A stretch of DNA of 64,000 bases from Lentibacter sp. (lineage in GTDB: Bacteria; Pseudomonadota; Alphaproteobacteria; Rhodobacterales; Rhodobacteraceae), in NCBI RefSeq assembly GCF_965658795.1, contig NZ_CBFHTG010000006.1:60403-124402 (forward strand), read 5' to 3'. Below the pieces are notes generated by a model that had not been told where the DNA came from, did no database searches, and saw only the letters and a list, made by a program, of their open reading frames with translations. Position numbers and translations under genes: made by a program. This document shows, in pieces, positions 32,274 through 42,012 of this stretch; positions within the stretch are counted from its first letter, which is position 1, and every line of letters starts with the position of its first letter.

Positions 32274-34420
32274 CGCCCTTTAACCGCACACTCGCCAGCC
32301 TTGTGCTTGCCCTCGGGCTCGGCGCGCCTCTTTCTGCGCAAGAGGCCCCTGCCATGCTCGTGGCCGATGCGGTCTTTCTGGAGGGTGACACGCGGCTTGT
32401 GGCCGAAGGGCGCGTTGAGGCCTTGGCAGGCGACACACGTATCATCGCCCAGAAAATCACCTATGACCGCGCCACAGAGACGCTGGCCATAGATGGCCCC
32501 ATTCGCATTGAGCAAGACGGCGGCGTGCGTGTTCTGGCCTCCAGTGCCGAGATGGACGCAGGCTTTCAAAACGCCATTCTAAAAGGCGCGCGGCTTGTGC
32601 TGGACCAGCAGGTGCAGCTCGCCGCCTACCAGATGAACCGCGTCAACGGGCGCTACTCACAGCTTTACAAAGCCTCGGTGACCTCCTGCCATGTCTGCAC
32701 CTCCGAGCAGCCACCCCTCTGGCAGATTCGCGCGCGCCGCGTCATTCATGACCAAGCCGAAAAGCAGCTCTACTTTGAAGGCGCCCAGCTGCGTGTGCGC
32801 GACATACCGGTGTTTTATCTGCCCTACCTGCGCCTGCCCGATCCAACACTCAAGCGCGCTTCGGGCTTCATGATCCCGTCTCTGTCCAGCAGCAGCACAC
32901 TTGGCGCAGGGATCAACCTGCCATACTTCATCAAGATGGGCGATCACCGCGACCTGACGCTGACACCCAGCCTCAGAACAAAGAGCCGCTCGCTCGAGTT
33001 CGAATACCGCCAAGCGTTTTTCAACGGCGACATTTCCTTTGAGGGTGCCATCTCGCGCGATGACCAACTCCCCGGAGAAACCCGCGCCTACCTGTTTGCC
33101 GAAGGGTCGTTTGACCTCAGACACGACTTCAAGCTCAGCTTTGACCTTGAGGCCACCCGCGACGACACCTATCTGGTGGATTATAACTTCTCTGACAAAG
33201 ACCGCCTCGACAGCGCGGTTGCTGTGACCCGCGCCAAGCGCGACAGCTATACCAACGCTTCGCTCGTGCACTACCACACCCTGCGCGTGGATGAAGACAA
33301 CGCCACCATCCCCTCCCTCATTGCCGATTTCGAGCATGAGCGGCGCTATTTCCCAAGCAAACTGGGCGGAGAGCTGCGCCTGAACGGGTCCATTCACAGC
33401 CACTACCGCACTTCGGATCTGTCAACCGACAGCGGTGATGATGACGATGTGGTTGATGGCCGCGATGTAAAGCGCCTTGGCTTTGAGGCCAACTGGCGGC
33501 GCAGCTACACGCTGCAAGGCGGCCTGCAAGCGCAGGTTTTCACAGGGGTGACAGCCGATCAGTTCTACACAAGCCAAGACGCCTCCCTGCCAAGTCAGGC
33601 GTCCTCCATCACACCGATGGCCGCTCTCGCCCTGCGCTGGCCTTTGCAAAAATTCACCGCCAATGGCACCCAACACGTTGTGGAGCCGTTTGTGCAGCTC
33701 GGCTGGGTCGGGGGCACAGATGCCGATGTTGAAAATGACGAAAGCACGCGGGTCGAGTTTGATGAAGGCAATCTTCTCAGCCTCTCCCACTTTCCGGCCC
33801 CGGACCGTCGCGAGCGGGGCGAAAGCCTCACATACGGGGTCAACTGGAGCCGTATCGGCTCTGAGGGCTGGGAAAGCACGCTCACACTGGGCCATATCCT
33901 GCGCTCTGACACGCAAGATGATTTTTCTGCCTCCTCAGGCCTGTCGGGGCGCAACTCAGATCTGCTCGTCGCCGGCCAGATCAGCGGCCCCACGGGCCTC
34001 GCACTTACAGGCCGCGCGCTCTTTGACACCAACTTTGCCCTGACCAAAGCCGAGGCCCGCGGCACCTACCAAAGAAACCGCTTTGGCCTTGGCGCGAGCT
34101 ATGTCTGGCTTGACGCCGACGCAGATGAAGACCGCGACGATGTTGTGGCCGAACTCTCCTTTGACGGGCTCTACCGTGTCTCGCGCCACTGGAGCGCCAG
34201 CACCAATATGCGCTTTGACATCACCGCCGAGCGCGCAGCCGAAGCAGGCCTTGGCCTGCAATATCGCAATGAATGTATGAAAGTTGACCTTTCGCTCTCG
34301 CGCAGGTTCACCTCTTCCACTATTCTTTCCCCATCCACCGATGTAAGCCTCACCGTGGGTTTGCTCGGGTTTAATGCGAGTTCGCGGGACAAAAGCTACG
34401 CCCGCCAATGCAAGGACTAA
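32270..34420 (+). CDS. lptD: LPS-assembly outer membrane protein LptD
   Basis: ORF 31937..34420 trimmed to MTPFNRTLASLVLALGLGAPLSAQEAP (signal peptide; ATGA overlap with lptG). A large beta-barrel-like protein. Confidence 0.85.
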   Translation: MTPFNRTLASLVLALGLGAPLSAQEAPAMLVADAVFLEGDTRLVAEGRVEALAGDTRIIAQKITYDRATETLAIDGPIRIEQDGGVRVLASSAEMDAGFQNAILKGARLVLDQQVQLAAYQMNRVNGRYSQLYKASVTSCHVCTSEQPPLWQIRARRVIHDQAEKQLYFEGAQLRVRDIPVFYLPYLRLPDPTLKRASGFMIPSLSSSSTLGAGINLPYFIKMGDHRDLTLTPSLRTKSRSLEFEYRQAFFNGDISFEGAISRDDQLPGETRAYLFAEGSFDLRHDFKLSFDLEATRDDTYLVDYNFSDKDRLDSAVAVTRAKRDSYTNASLVHYHTLRVDEDNATIPSLIADFEHERRYFPSKLGGELRLNGSIHSHYRTSDLSTDSGDDDDVVDGRDVKRLGFEANWRRSYTLQGGLQAQVFTGVTADQFYTSQDASLPSQASSITPMAALALRWPLQKFTANGTQHVVEPFVQLGWVGGTDADVENDESTRVEFDEGNLLSLSHFPAPDRRERGESLTYGVNWSRIGSEGWESTLTLGHILRSDTQDDFSASSGLSGRNSDLLVAGQISGPTGLALTGRALFDTNFALTKAEARGTYQRNRFGLGASYVWLDADADEDRDDVVAELSFDGLYRVSRHWSASTNMRFDITAERAAEAGLGLQYRNECMKVDLSLSRRFTSSTILSPSTDVSLTVGLLGFNASSRDKSYARQCKD

Positions 34421-34425
34421 AACTG

Positions 34426-35658
34426 ATGATGACGCTTTCGCCCCTCAAAACGCTCGTGTTTGCACTGACCGCCCAAGTGGCCTTGGGCTTTTCAGGCGCC
34501 GCCCCTGTGCAGGCACAGAACCTCTTCGCCCCTGCGTTCAAGGTAAACGACAAGATCATCACAGAGTTCGAACTGAAGCAACGTGCGCTCATGTTGCAGG
34601 TCTTCCGCTCTCCGGGGGACCCCACAACAGAATCCCGCAAGCAACTTGTTGAGGAGCGTCTCAAGCTTGACGCCGCCGAAGCCCTCGGTGTGGTGCCGAC
34701 AGCCGAAGAAGTCACCCAAGGCATGGCCGAGTTTGCCGCCCGCGCCAGCATGACAACAGACGAGTTTGTCGGCTCGCTCAAAGGCGCAGGCATCGAAGAA
34801 TCCACGTTCCGCGACTTTATCGTCAGCGGTATTTCGTGGCGCACCCTCGTGCGCGCGAAGTTTGGGGCGCGTGTCGAGATCGGCGAAAATGATATCGACC
34901 TCGCACTCAGCACCACAGGCGTAGGCAATGTGCGTGTTCTGCTCTCCGAGGTCATCCTGCCCGCGCCCCCCGAACAGGCCGCCGCGGCGCAGGCCCGCGC
35001 CGAGCAAATCTCACAGTTGACCAGCATTGCCGCCTTCGCCAATGCCGCGCGCCAGTCTTCAGCCTCCGCCACCCGCGAGCGCGGCGGCAAGCTTGACTGG
35101 ATGCCCCTGACAAACCTGCCACCGGCCTTGCACTCTGTGATCCTCGGGCTGAGACAAGGCCAGGTGACCGATCCGATCCCGATCGACGGCGGCATCGCCC
35201 TGTTCCAGCTGCGCGGTCTCGAAGAGGGTGAAGTCATTGCCCCCGAATTTGCAGCCATCGAATACGCCGCCTATTACATCGCTGGCGGGCGCACCCCCCA
35301 AGGACTGGCCGCAGCCCAAAAAGTCAAAGACAGCGCCGACACCTGCGATGACCTCTATGGCATTGCCAAAGGCCAGCCCGAAGAGGTGCTTGAGCGCGGC
35401 TCAAAGGCCCCTGCCGACATCCCCACAGACATCGCTCTGGAGCTTGCCAAGCTTGACAAGCACGAGGTCTCCACAGCGCTCACCCGGTCCAACGGCGAAA
35501 CGCTGGTCTTCCTCATGCTGTGTGGCCGCACCACAAAACAAGCCGAAGATGTTGACCGCAACAATGTTGGCCGCAGCCTGCAAAACCGCCGCCTCGCCAG
35601 CTTTGCCGACGGCTACCTCGCCCAGCTGCGCGATGAGGCGCGGATCATTGAATACTAA
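34426..35658 (+). CDS. surA: SurA-like periplasmic chaperone / peptidyl-prolyl isomerase
   Basis: Signal peptide MMTLSPLKTLVFALTAQVALGFSGAAPVQAQ. Conserved lptD-surA-pdxA-rsmA order. The start could also be 34408. Confidence 0.75.
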   Translation: MMTLSPLKTLVFALTAQVALGFSGAAPVQAQNLFAPAFKVNDKIITEFELKQRALMLQVFRSPGDPTTESRKQLVEERLKLDAAEALGVVPTAEEVTQGMAEFAARASMTTDEFVGSLKGAGIEESTFRDFIVSGISWRTLVRAKFGARVEIGENDIDLALSTTGVGNVRVLLSEVILPAPPEQAAAAQARAEQISQLTSIAAFANAARQSSASATRERGGKLDWMPLTNLPPALHSVILGLRQGQVTDPIPIDGGIALFQLRGLEEGEVIAPEFAAIEYAAYYIAGGRTPQGLAAAQKVKDSADTCDDLYGIAKGQPEEVLERGSKAPADIPTDIALELAKLDKHEVSTALTRSNGETLVFLMLCGRTTKQAEDVDRNNVGRSLQNRRLASFADGYLAQLRDEARIIEY

Positions 35659-36616
35659 GCCCATTGCGCTCACCTGCGGTGAGCCTGCAGGCATTGGCCC
35701 CGAGCTTGCCCCCCGGCTTTGGGAGGCCTTGCGCGGCGAGCTGAGCTTTTTCCTCATAGGCGACCCGGCACATCTGCCGGATGACAGCCGATATGTGACC
35801 ATCGCCGCCCCCGCAGAGGCCCCCGAAGCCATGGCTCAAGGCCTGCCTGTGCTGCCGCTTCACATGGGCAGCCCCCGCGTCGCCGGCCAGCCAGATCCGC
35901 GCCATGCAAAAGGCGTGATCGAGAGCATCAAACGCGCGGTTGCGCATGTGCAGTCAGGCGAGGCCTCAGCCCTCTGCACGCTGCCCATTCACAAAAAAGC
36001 GCTCAAAGACGGCGCTGCATTCGCCTTTCCGGGGCATACCGAGTTTCTGGCGCACCTCGCAGGCGTCGAGGATGTGGTGATGATGCTGGCCAGCCCCGCG
36101 CTGCGCGTGGTGCCCGCCACAATCCACATTGCGCTGTCAGATGTGCCCCAAGCCCTCACGCCTGAGAGCCTGCGCCGCACCATCGAGATCACCCACCAAG
36201 CGCTGCAAGACCAGTTTGACATAGCGTCCCCGCGCCTCGCCGTGGCAGGCCTCAACCCCCACGCAGGCGAAGGCGGCAGCATGGGGCGCGAAGAGCTTGA
36301 CTGGATCGCGCCACTCATGGACAGGCTGCGCGCCGAAGGGCTCGACATCCGCGGCCCCCTGCCTGCCGACACCATGTTTCACGCCGCCGCGCGCAGCCGC
36401 TATGATGCAGCCATCTGCATGTATCACGACCAAGCCCTGATCCCCATCAAGACGCTCGACTTTGACCGCGGCGTCAATGTCACGCTGGGCCTGCCCTTTG
36501 TGCGCACATCACCCGATCACGGCACCGCCTTTGACATCGCTGGCAAAGGCCTCGCCAACCCCAGTTCTAGCCTAGAGGCCCTGCGCCTCGCATGGAAAAT
36601 GGCACACCCCTCATGA
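35633..36616 (+). CDS. pdxA: 4-hydroxythreonine-4-phosphate dehydrogenase
   Basis: ORF 35228..36616 trimmed. Motifs [17 protein letters not shown] and [15 protein letters not shown]. An alternative TTG start lies at 35648. Confidence 0.85.
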   Translation: MRRGSLNTKPIALTCGEPAGIGPELAPRLWEALRGELSFFLIGDPAHLPDDSRYVTIAAPAEAPEAMAQGLPVLPLHMGSPRVAGQPDPRHAKGVIESIKRAVAHVQSGEASALCTLPIHKKALKDGAAFAFPGHTEFLAHLAGVEDVVMMLASPALRVVPATIHIALSDVPQALTPESLRRTIEITHQALQDQFDIASPRLAVAGLNPHAGEGGSMGREELDWIAPLMDRLRAEGLDIRGPLPADTMFHAAARSRYDAAICMYHDQALIPIKTLDFDRGVNVTLGLPFVRTSPDHGTAFDIAGKGLANPSSSLEALRLAWKMAHPS

Positions 36617-37455
36617 GCCAAATTGATACCCTCCCGCCCCTGCGCAGCGTCATCTCCACACACGGGCTGTCCGCGCGCAAATCTCTGGGGCAGAACTTTC
36701 TGCTCGATCTCAACCTGACAGCCAAAATCGCCCGCCATGTCGGCGATCTCACTGGCAGTGATGTGCTCGAAATCGGCCCCGGCCCCGGAGGCCTGACACG
36801 CGGTCTGCTCTCGGAAGGGGCGCGCCGTGTTCTTGCCATCGAGAAAGACAGCCGCTGCATCCCCGCCCTTCAGGAGATCGCCGCCGCCTACGACGGCCGC
36901 CTCACGGTCATCGAGGGCGACGCGCTTGAAGTGGACCCGCTCACGCACCTGCAAAAGCCGATCCAGATCGCGGCCAACCTGCCCTATAACATCGGCACAG
37001 AGCTTCTCGTGCGCTGGCTGACCCCGCCCGAGTGGCCCCCCTTCTGGGACAGCCTCACACTCATGTTCCAGCGCGAAGTGGCCGAGCGCATCGTCGCCAA
37101 GCCCGGCTCCAAAGCCTACGGACGCCTCGCGCTTCTGGCCCAGTGGCGCTCTGATGCCGCGATTGTGCTCAACTTGCCGCCCGAGGCTTTCACACCACCG
37201 CCCAAAGTGAGCAGCGCCGTTGTCCATGTCAAAGCGCTGGAAAAACCCCGCTTTGAAGCCGATGCCAAAACGCTGGAGCGCGTCGTTGCCAAAGCCTTCA
37301 ACCAGCGCCGCAAAATGCTGCGCGCCTCGCTCAAAGGCGTCACACCCGATCTGGAAGACAAGCTCATTGCCTCAGGCATCAAGCCGACAGACCGTGCCGA
37401 AGTCATCGGGCTGGAGCAGTTCTGCGCTTTTGCGCGCGCGGTCAAAGCGTCCTAA
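36613..37455 (+). CDS. rsmA: 16S rRNA (adenine1518/1519-N6)-dimethyltransferase
   Basis: Trimmed to [14 protein letters not shown] (ATGA overlap with pdxA). Motifs LGQNFL and [10 protein letters not shown]. Confidence 0.9.
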   Translation: MSQIDTLPPLRSVISTHGLSARKSLGQNFLLDLNLTAKIARHVGDLTGSDVLEIGPGPGGLTRGLLSEGARRVLAIEKDSRCIPALQEIAAAYDGRLTVIEGDALEVDPLTHLQKPIQIAANLPYNIGTELLVRWLTPPEWPPFWDSLTLMFQREVAERIVAKPGSKAYGRLALLAQWRSDAAIVLNLPPEAFTPPPKVSSAVVHVKALEKPRFEADAKTLERVVAKAFNQRRKMLRASLKGVTPDLEDKLIASGIKPTDRAEVIGLEQFCAFARAVKAS

Positions 37456-37458
37456 AAG

Positions 37459-37494
37459 CAAAAACCCCGCCAGAGTGGCGGGGCTTTCTTTATT
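37459..37494. terminator. Bidirectional rho-independent terminator between rsmA and the DUF4167 gene
   Basis: CCCCGCC-agagt-GGCGGGG is flanked by an A-run upstream and CTTTCTTTATT downstream. It serves both convergent genes. Confidence 0.8.
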
Positions 37495-38131
37495 CTGCTG
37501 CTTCCGAACCGGCGTCTGACGGGCCAGCCTCATCTTGAGGTGCCTCTTTCTTGCGCCGTGGCTTGCGGGTGCGTTTGGGCTTCTCGGCTGCGCCTTCGGG
37601 CGTTTCAACAAGCCCGCTCTCAGCCTCTGCGCCACGCATCATCTCAAGCTGTGAGATTTCGGGGTGCGGTGCCTCTGAAGAGGCTGTCTCAGCCGCGTCG
37701 CTCGCTGCGGCCTCTTTGCGTGGCTTGCGAGGTTCGCGCGGCTCACGTGGTTCACGCGCTTCGGCGTTGGCCCCGTTGCTTTCACGTTCCTGGCGCTCGC
37801 GGCGTTCGGCGGCTTCGCGGTCACGCTCGGCTTGGCGCTCGCGGTTTTGCTGCTCTTGCTGCTCGCGCTTGGCGTTTTCTTCAACCATGGCTTCGCTCAA
37901 CATGCGCTGGTAGTGCTCAGCATGCTGCTGAAACGCTTCCGTGGCCACACGGTCGCCCGCAAGCTGCGCATCGCGTGCCAACTGGTTGTATTTCTCGATA
38001 ATCTGCTGCGGCGTGCCGCGCACCTTGCCCTCAGGCCCCGAGCTGTCAAATACGCGGTTTACAATATTTCCCGAAGGCCGGTTGTTGTTCCGGTTGTTCT
38101 TTGATCGCGAGCGCGATTTTGATGATCTCAT
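37490..38131 (-). CDS. DUF4167 domain protein (basic N-terminus, charged low-complexity C-terminal half)
   Basis: 213-aa ORF (MRSSKSRSRSKNNRNNNRPSGNIVNRVFDSSGPEGKVRGTPQQIIEKYNQLARDA), the typical DUF4167 N-terminal block. Confidence 0.7.
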   Translation of the reverse strand: MRSSKSRSRSKNNRNNNRPSGNIVNRVFDSSGPEGKVRGTPQQIIEKYNQLARDAQLAGDRVATEAFQQHAEHYQRMLSEAMVEENAKREQQEQQNRERQAERDREAAERRERQERESNGANAEAREPREPREPRKPRKEAAASDAAETASSEAPHPEISQLEMMRGAEAESGLVETPEGAAEKPKRTRKPRRKKEAPQDEAGPSDAGSEAAE

Positions 38132-38321
38132 GTTTTTAAGAGCCTGAGCTTGTTAAATGGCCTTTGTTTGATTTGCGGCGTCAAAAACGCGCTTGGGGCA
38201 AATCCAAAGATTTCTGGCTTGGGTGTAGGCGGGACCGTCTTGCAGACATCCACCGCTTACACGCCCAATAATCATGTCACAGCATAATTAACAAGGCCCA
38301 AATGCCACCAGCTGGGCAGAT

Positions 38322-39170
38322 TCACGCCATTTGGTGCGCTTTTCGCCCCCAAACGACACGGTCTCGCCCGTCAAGGTCTTGCACAACCTCAACCGCTTCA
38401 AAGCCGTTGGCCTCCAGCATGGCCGCAACTGCCACAGCCTGTGTCGCGCCGATTTCCAGCATCAAACGCCCGCCTGCGCTCAAAAATCCGGCCGCATTGG
38501 CCGCGATCTCGCGATACGCGCTCAGCCCGTCGGCCTCATCGGTCAGGGCCATACGCGGCTCATAGCCAAGCTCGGCTTGCAAGCCCGCCATCTCGTCCGC
38601 CGCAATATAGGGAGGATTTGACACGATCAGGTCATAGCCCCCCTCAACCGCTTCAAACCAGCTGGAAAGCACAAAGCCCACACGCGCCCCAAGGCCCAGC
38701 CTGTCCGCGTTGCGCTTGGCCACCGCGAGAGCGGCTGGCGACAGGTCTGCGCCCACCCCCTGCGCACCGGCCCGCTCGGCCAGCAAGCTCAAGACAATGC
38801 AGCCCGAGCCTGTGCCAAGGTCAAGCACACGCGCAAAAGGCTCGGCAAGAGCCGCCGCGACAAGCGTTTCCGTGTCTCCGCGCGGGTCAAGCACATCTGC
38901 GCTCACCTCAAAGCCCCGCCCGTAAAACTGCCGCAGCCCCGTCAGATGCGCCAAGGGCCGCCGCTTTGCACGCTCCGCGACAAGCGCCAAAAAGTCTGTG
39001 TTGGCCTCATCGGCCAGCGCATCTTGCACATGCAAGGTCATGCGACCTGCCTCTATCTGTAAAACATGCGCCATAAGCAGCCGCGCATCGCGTGCAGCGC
39101 CCTCGATCCCGCTTTGCGCCAAAAGCTGCGTGCCAGCGCGCAGCGCACCCGCCACAGTCAGCTGGCTCAC
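38322..39170 (-). CDS. prmC: Release factor glutamine methyltransferase
   Basis: 282-aa ORF with [11 protein letters not shown] and NPPYI motifs. 4-nt overlap with prfA. Confidence 0.9.
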   Translation of the reverse strand: MSQLTVAGALRAGTQLLAQSGIEGAARDARLLMAHVLQIEAGRMTLHVQDALADEANTDFLALVAERAKRRPLAHLTGLRQFYGRGFEVSADVLDPRGDTETLVAAALAEPFARVLDLGTGSGCIVLSLLAERAGAQGVGADLSPAALAVAKRNADRLGLGARVGFVLSSWFEAVEGGYDLIVSNPPYIAADEMAGLQAELGYEPRMALTDEADGLSAYREIAANAAGFLSAGGRLMLEIGATQAVAVAAMLEANGFEAVEVVQDLDGRDRVVWGRKAHQMA

Positions 39171-40237
39171 CCGTTCATCTCCGCCAGAAGCGTGGCCTGA
39201 TGGTCGGCTGTCAGCGCATCGAGGATCTCGTCCAAATCGCCCGCCATCACAGCCTCAAGCTTGTAAAGCGTGAGGCCAATGCGGTGATCGGTCAACCGAC
39301 CTTGGGGGAAGTTGTAGGTGCGTATGCGTTCGGAGCGGTCCCCGGAGCCCACCTGCGCGGCCCGGCTGGCGCTGCGCGCGTCATGGACCTTTTGGCGCTC
39401 CATATCAAACAGCCGCGTCTTTAGCACCTGCATGGCGATCTCGCGGTTGCGGTGCTGGGACTTTTCTGACGAGGTCACAACCAGCCCGCTTGGAATATGG
39501 GTGATGCGCACAGCAGAATCGGTGGTGTTCACATGCTGTCCACCTGCCCCGCTGGAGCGCATGGTATCGATGCGGATGTCATTGGCATTGATGACAATAT
39601 CAACATCTTCCGCCTCGGGCAGCACAGCCACAGTGGCCGCCGAGGTGTGGATACGCCCGCCGCTCTCGGTTTCGGGCACACGCTGAACGCGGTGCACACC
39701 GCTCTCGAACTTGAGCCGCGCAAAGACATTCTGCCCCGCCACGCGCACAACCGCCTCCTTGATCCCGCCAAGCTCGCTCACGCTCTCTTCGAGGATCTCG
39801 AATTTCCATCCGCGCGCCTCGGAATAGCGCTGATACATCCGCAACAAATCGCCCGCAAAAAGCGCCGCCTCGTCGCCGCCCGTTCCAGGGCGGATCTCGA
39901 TCAGCGCAGGCCGCCCGTCGGCGGCATCCTTGGGCAAAAGCGCCAGCTGCAAAGCCGCCTCTGCCTGTGGCAGCTGCGCGCGCAACGCGGGCAGCTCGTC
40001 TTCGGCCAAAGCCTTCATCTCGGGGTCCGCCAGCATCGCCTTGGCGTCGTCCATGTCGCGCAGCAAGCCACGGTAGGCGTCAATCTGCTCCACCACGGGG
40101 CGCAGATCGGAATATTCCTTGGCCAACGCCGCAATATCGCCCGTGCCCCCTTCCGCCATTTTGGCTTCAAGGAACTGGAAACGCTGGATGATCTGCTCAA
40201 GACGTTCTGAAGGTACCATGGCGCTGATGTGGGCCAT
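39167..40237 (-). CDS. prfA: Peptide chain release factor 1
   Basis: 356-aa ORF with PET-type recognition (RVPETES) and a GGQ motif ([16 protein letters not shown]). Confidence 0.95.
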   Translation of the reverse strand: MAHISAMVPSERLEQIIQRFQFLEAKMAEGGTGDIAALAKEYSDLRPVVEQIDAYRGLLRDMDDAKAMLADPEMKALAEDELPALRAQLPQAEAALQLALLPKDAADGRPALIEIRPGTGGDEAALFAGDLLRMYQRYSEARGWKFEILEESVSELGGIKEAVVRVAGQNVFARLKFESGVHRVQRVPETESGGRIHTSAATVAVLPEAEDVDIVINANDIRIDTMRSSGAGGQHVNTTDSAVRITHIPSGLVVTSSEKSQHRNREIAMQVLKTRLFDMERQKVHDARSASRAAQVGSGDRSERIRTYNFPQGRLTDHRIGLTLYKLEAVMAGDLDEILDALTADHQATLLAEMNG

Positions 40238-40281
40238 TCATGCCACTTGGTCAAGCGCTCTGTTTCTGATATACTCAACAT

Positions 40282-40560
40282 ATGTTGCGTATAGCCTGCC
40301 TTTTGGCGCTCGCCGCCGCCTCTGCTCTCGCCGATCAAAACATCGGCGGCAAGGTCATTGACTGCTACTGCACCGACACCTCAGGCAGCCGCGTAGAGCT
40401 TGGCGAGTCGATCTGCCTGCAAGTCGGCGGGCGTATGTTCACAGCCCAGTGCCAAATGTCGCTCAACGTCCCCATGTGGCGCGAAACAGCCGATGGATGC
40501 CTCAGCTCAAAGCTGCAACTCAGCCAGCCAGCCCCGAACACGCGCCTGATTGACCCCTAG
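40282..40560 (+). CDS. Hypothetical small secreted Cys-rich protein
   Basis: 92-aa ORF with a clear signal peptide (MLRIACLLALAAASALA/DQ) and 5 Cys in the mature part. Its 3' end overlaps the convergent DUF1499 gene by 54 nt. Confidence 0.4.
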   Translation: MLRIACLLALAAASALADQNIGGKVIDCYCTDTSGSRVELGESICLQVGGRMFTAQCQMSLNVPMWRETADGCLSSKLQLSQPAPNTRLIDP

Positions 40561-40920
40561 GTCCGAGCGCCCGAAGCGCAAGCGGCTCAAGATCTCAAGC
40601 TGCCCGCCCTCGATCCGCACCGTCGCATAATCCGGAAACCCCCAAAGCGCCGAGCGGGTCACATAAATGCGCTGATCACCCTGCGCTGCCAAAAGCCGCG
40701 TGCGCGGGCTGGCAAGGATCACAGCCTCCACCGCATCCAGCCCCCCCGCATAGGCGCGCACAGCCCCAAAGCCGCCCTCACCGGGGTGATCCCCCGGCGC
40801 AGCCATGGGCCCCTCAAGCTGCCAACGCGCCGCATCCTCAGGAGCAAGGCGCACATAGCCCGCAAAGCCGATCCCCATCAGCACAATGCCCAAAACGGCC
40901 CAGATCATCCGAAATCCCAC
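40507..40920 (-). CDS. DUF1499-like membrane-anchored protein
   Basis: 137-aa ORF (GTG start at 40920, alternative ATG at 40906) with an N-terminal TM helix and the block WGFPDYATVRIE. Confidence 0.6.
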   Translation of the reverse strand: MGFRMIWAVLGIVLMGIGFAGYVRLAPEDAARWQLEGPMAAPGDHPGEGGFGAVRAYAGGLDAVEAVILASPRTRLLAAQGDQRIYVTRSALWGFPDYATVRIEGGQLEILSRLRFGRSDLGVNQARVRGWLAELQL

Positions 40921-40942
40921 TTTCTTTTTGCCTCAAATATCC
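40920..40942 (+). repeat. 23-nt conserved intergenic box, copy 3: CTTTCTTTTTGCCTCAAATATCC
   Basis: See copy 1. It abuts the start of the DUF1499-like gene and is followed by the small hairpin TCGCC-gaa-GGCGA. Confidence 0.7.
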
Positions 40943-40957
40943 TCGCCGAAGGCGAAA

Positions 40958-41926
40958 TCAGCCTTTGCCAAGCTTGTTCCAGCCCAGAAGGCAGACAATC
41001 TCCATCGCCACATGTGCCCCCGCAATCGCCGTGGCGCCCGTGGTGTCAAAGGGGGGAGAAACTTCCACAATATCGCCCCCCACAATATTCAGCCCCGCCA
41101 GGTCGCGTAGAATATGGCTCGCCTGTGCCGAGCTCAGCCCGCCCCAAACAGGCGTGCCTGTGCCCGGCGCAAACGCGGGGTCTAGCCCGTCAATGTCAAA
41201 GCTCAGATAGGCAGGCCGCGCCCCCACAATCTCGCGCGCCTTCGCCGCCACAGCCGCGGGGCCAATCGCATGAACCTCGCGCGCATCGATGATATTCACG
41301 CCCAGCGTGTCCTCATTGGTGGTGCGAATGCCGATCTGCACAGAGGTCTTCGGATCGACAATCCCCGACTTTACGGCTTTGTAAAACATCGTGCCATGGT
41401 CAACGCGGCTCATGTCATCATCTGCCCAGGTGTCGGTGTGCGCATCAAACTGGATGAGCGAAAGGGGGCCGTATTTTTCCGCATAGGCTTTCAAGATCGG
41501 AAAGCTCACATAGTGATCGCCCCCCAAAGCCACGCTCGCAGCTCCACTGGCCAGAATGGTGCGAATATGCGCTGTCAGCGCATCAGGAAAGGCAGGTATA
41601 TTGGCATAATCAAACGCAAGGTCGCCGTAGTCGATGATGTTGAGCTCATCCAGCGGGTTATAGCCCCAGCCATAGGGCGCATCAGGGCTTTGCAGCGTGC
41701 TCGCCTCGCGGATGGCGCGTGGCCCCAGCCGTGTGCCGGGGCGGTTTGTCACCGCTTGGTCAAAAGGGATGCCCGTGACAGCAATGTCCACACCCGTCAG
41801 ATCCTTGGTGTAGCGGCGGCGCAGAAACGAGAGCGCCCCGCCAAAGCTGTTTTCAAAGCTCACGCCACGGTCGTTTGTGCGCGTAAAGGCTTCATCTACG
41901 AAATTCTTGCTGTCTTCCAGAGCCAT
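40958..41926 (-). CDS. speB: Agmatinase (ureohydrolase family)
   Basis: 322-aa ORF with arginase-family Mn ligand blocks GGDHYVSFP, FDAHTD and LSFDIDGLDP. Confidence 0.85.
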   Translation of the reverse strand: MALEDSKNFVDEAFTRTNDRGVSFENSFGGALSFLRRRYTKDLTGVDIAVTGIPFDQAVTNRPGTRLGPRAIREASTLQSPDAPYGWGYNPLDELNIIDYGDLAFDYANIPAFPDALTAHIRTILASGAASVALGGDHYVSFPILKAYAEKYGPLSLIQFDAHTDTWADDDMSRVDHGTMFYKAVKSGIVDPKTSVQIGIRTTNEDTLGVNIIDAREVHAIGPAAVAAKAREIVGARPAYLSFDIDGLDPAFAPGTGTPVWGGLSSAQASHILRDLAGLNIVGGDIVEVSPPFDTTGATAIAGAHVAMEIVCLLGWNKLGKG

Positions 41927-41957
41927 CTTGTCTTGTCTCGTGTTTGGCCACAGGCGC

Positions 41958-42010
41958 CTTTTTCGGGGGCTGTGGCGGGTGGGTGCGTGGGGCCGCAGCC
42001 CCCGAAAAAG
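41958..42010. repeat. Perfect 15-bp inverted repeat CTTTTTCGGGGGCTG / CAGCCCCCGAAAAAG with a G-rich 23-nt loop
   Basis: Read directly from the sequence. It lies in the 86-nt spacer between the M20D amidohydrolase and speB. Confidence 0.8.
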
Positions 42011-42012
42011 CT

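Noticed and set aside
37640-37800. Short tandem periodicity in DNA encoding REPREPREPRKPRK and ERQ-rich stretches.
   Set aside because: It lies inside the DUF4167 coding sequence and reflects a low-complexity charged protein region. It is not a non-coding tandem repeat or a CRISPR-like array.
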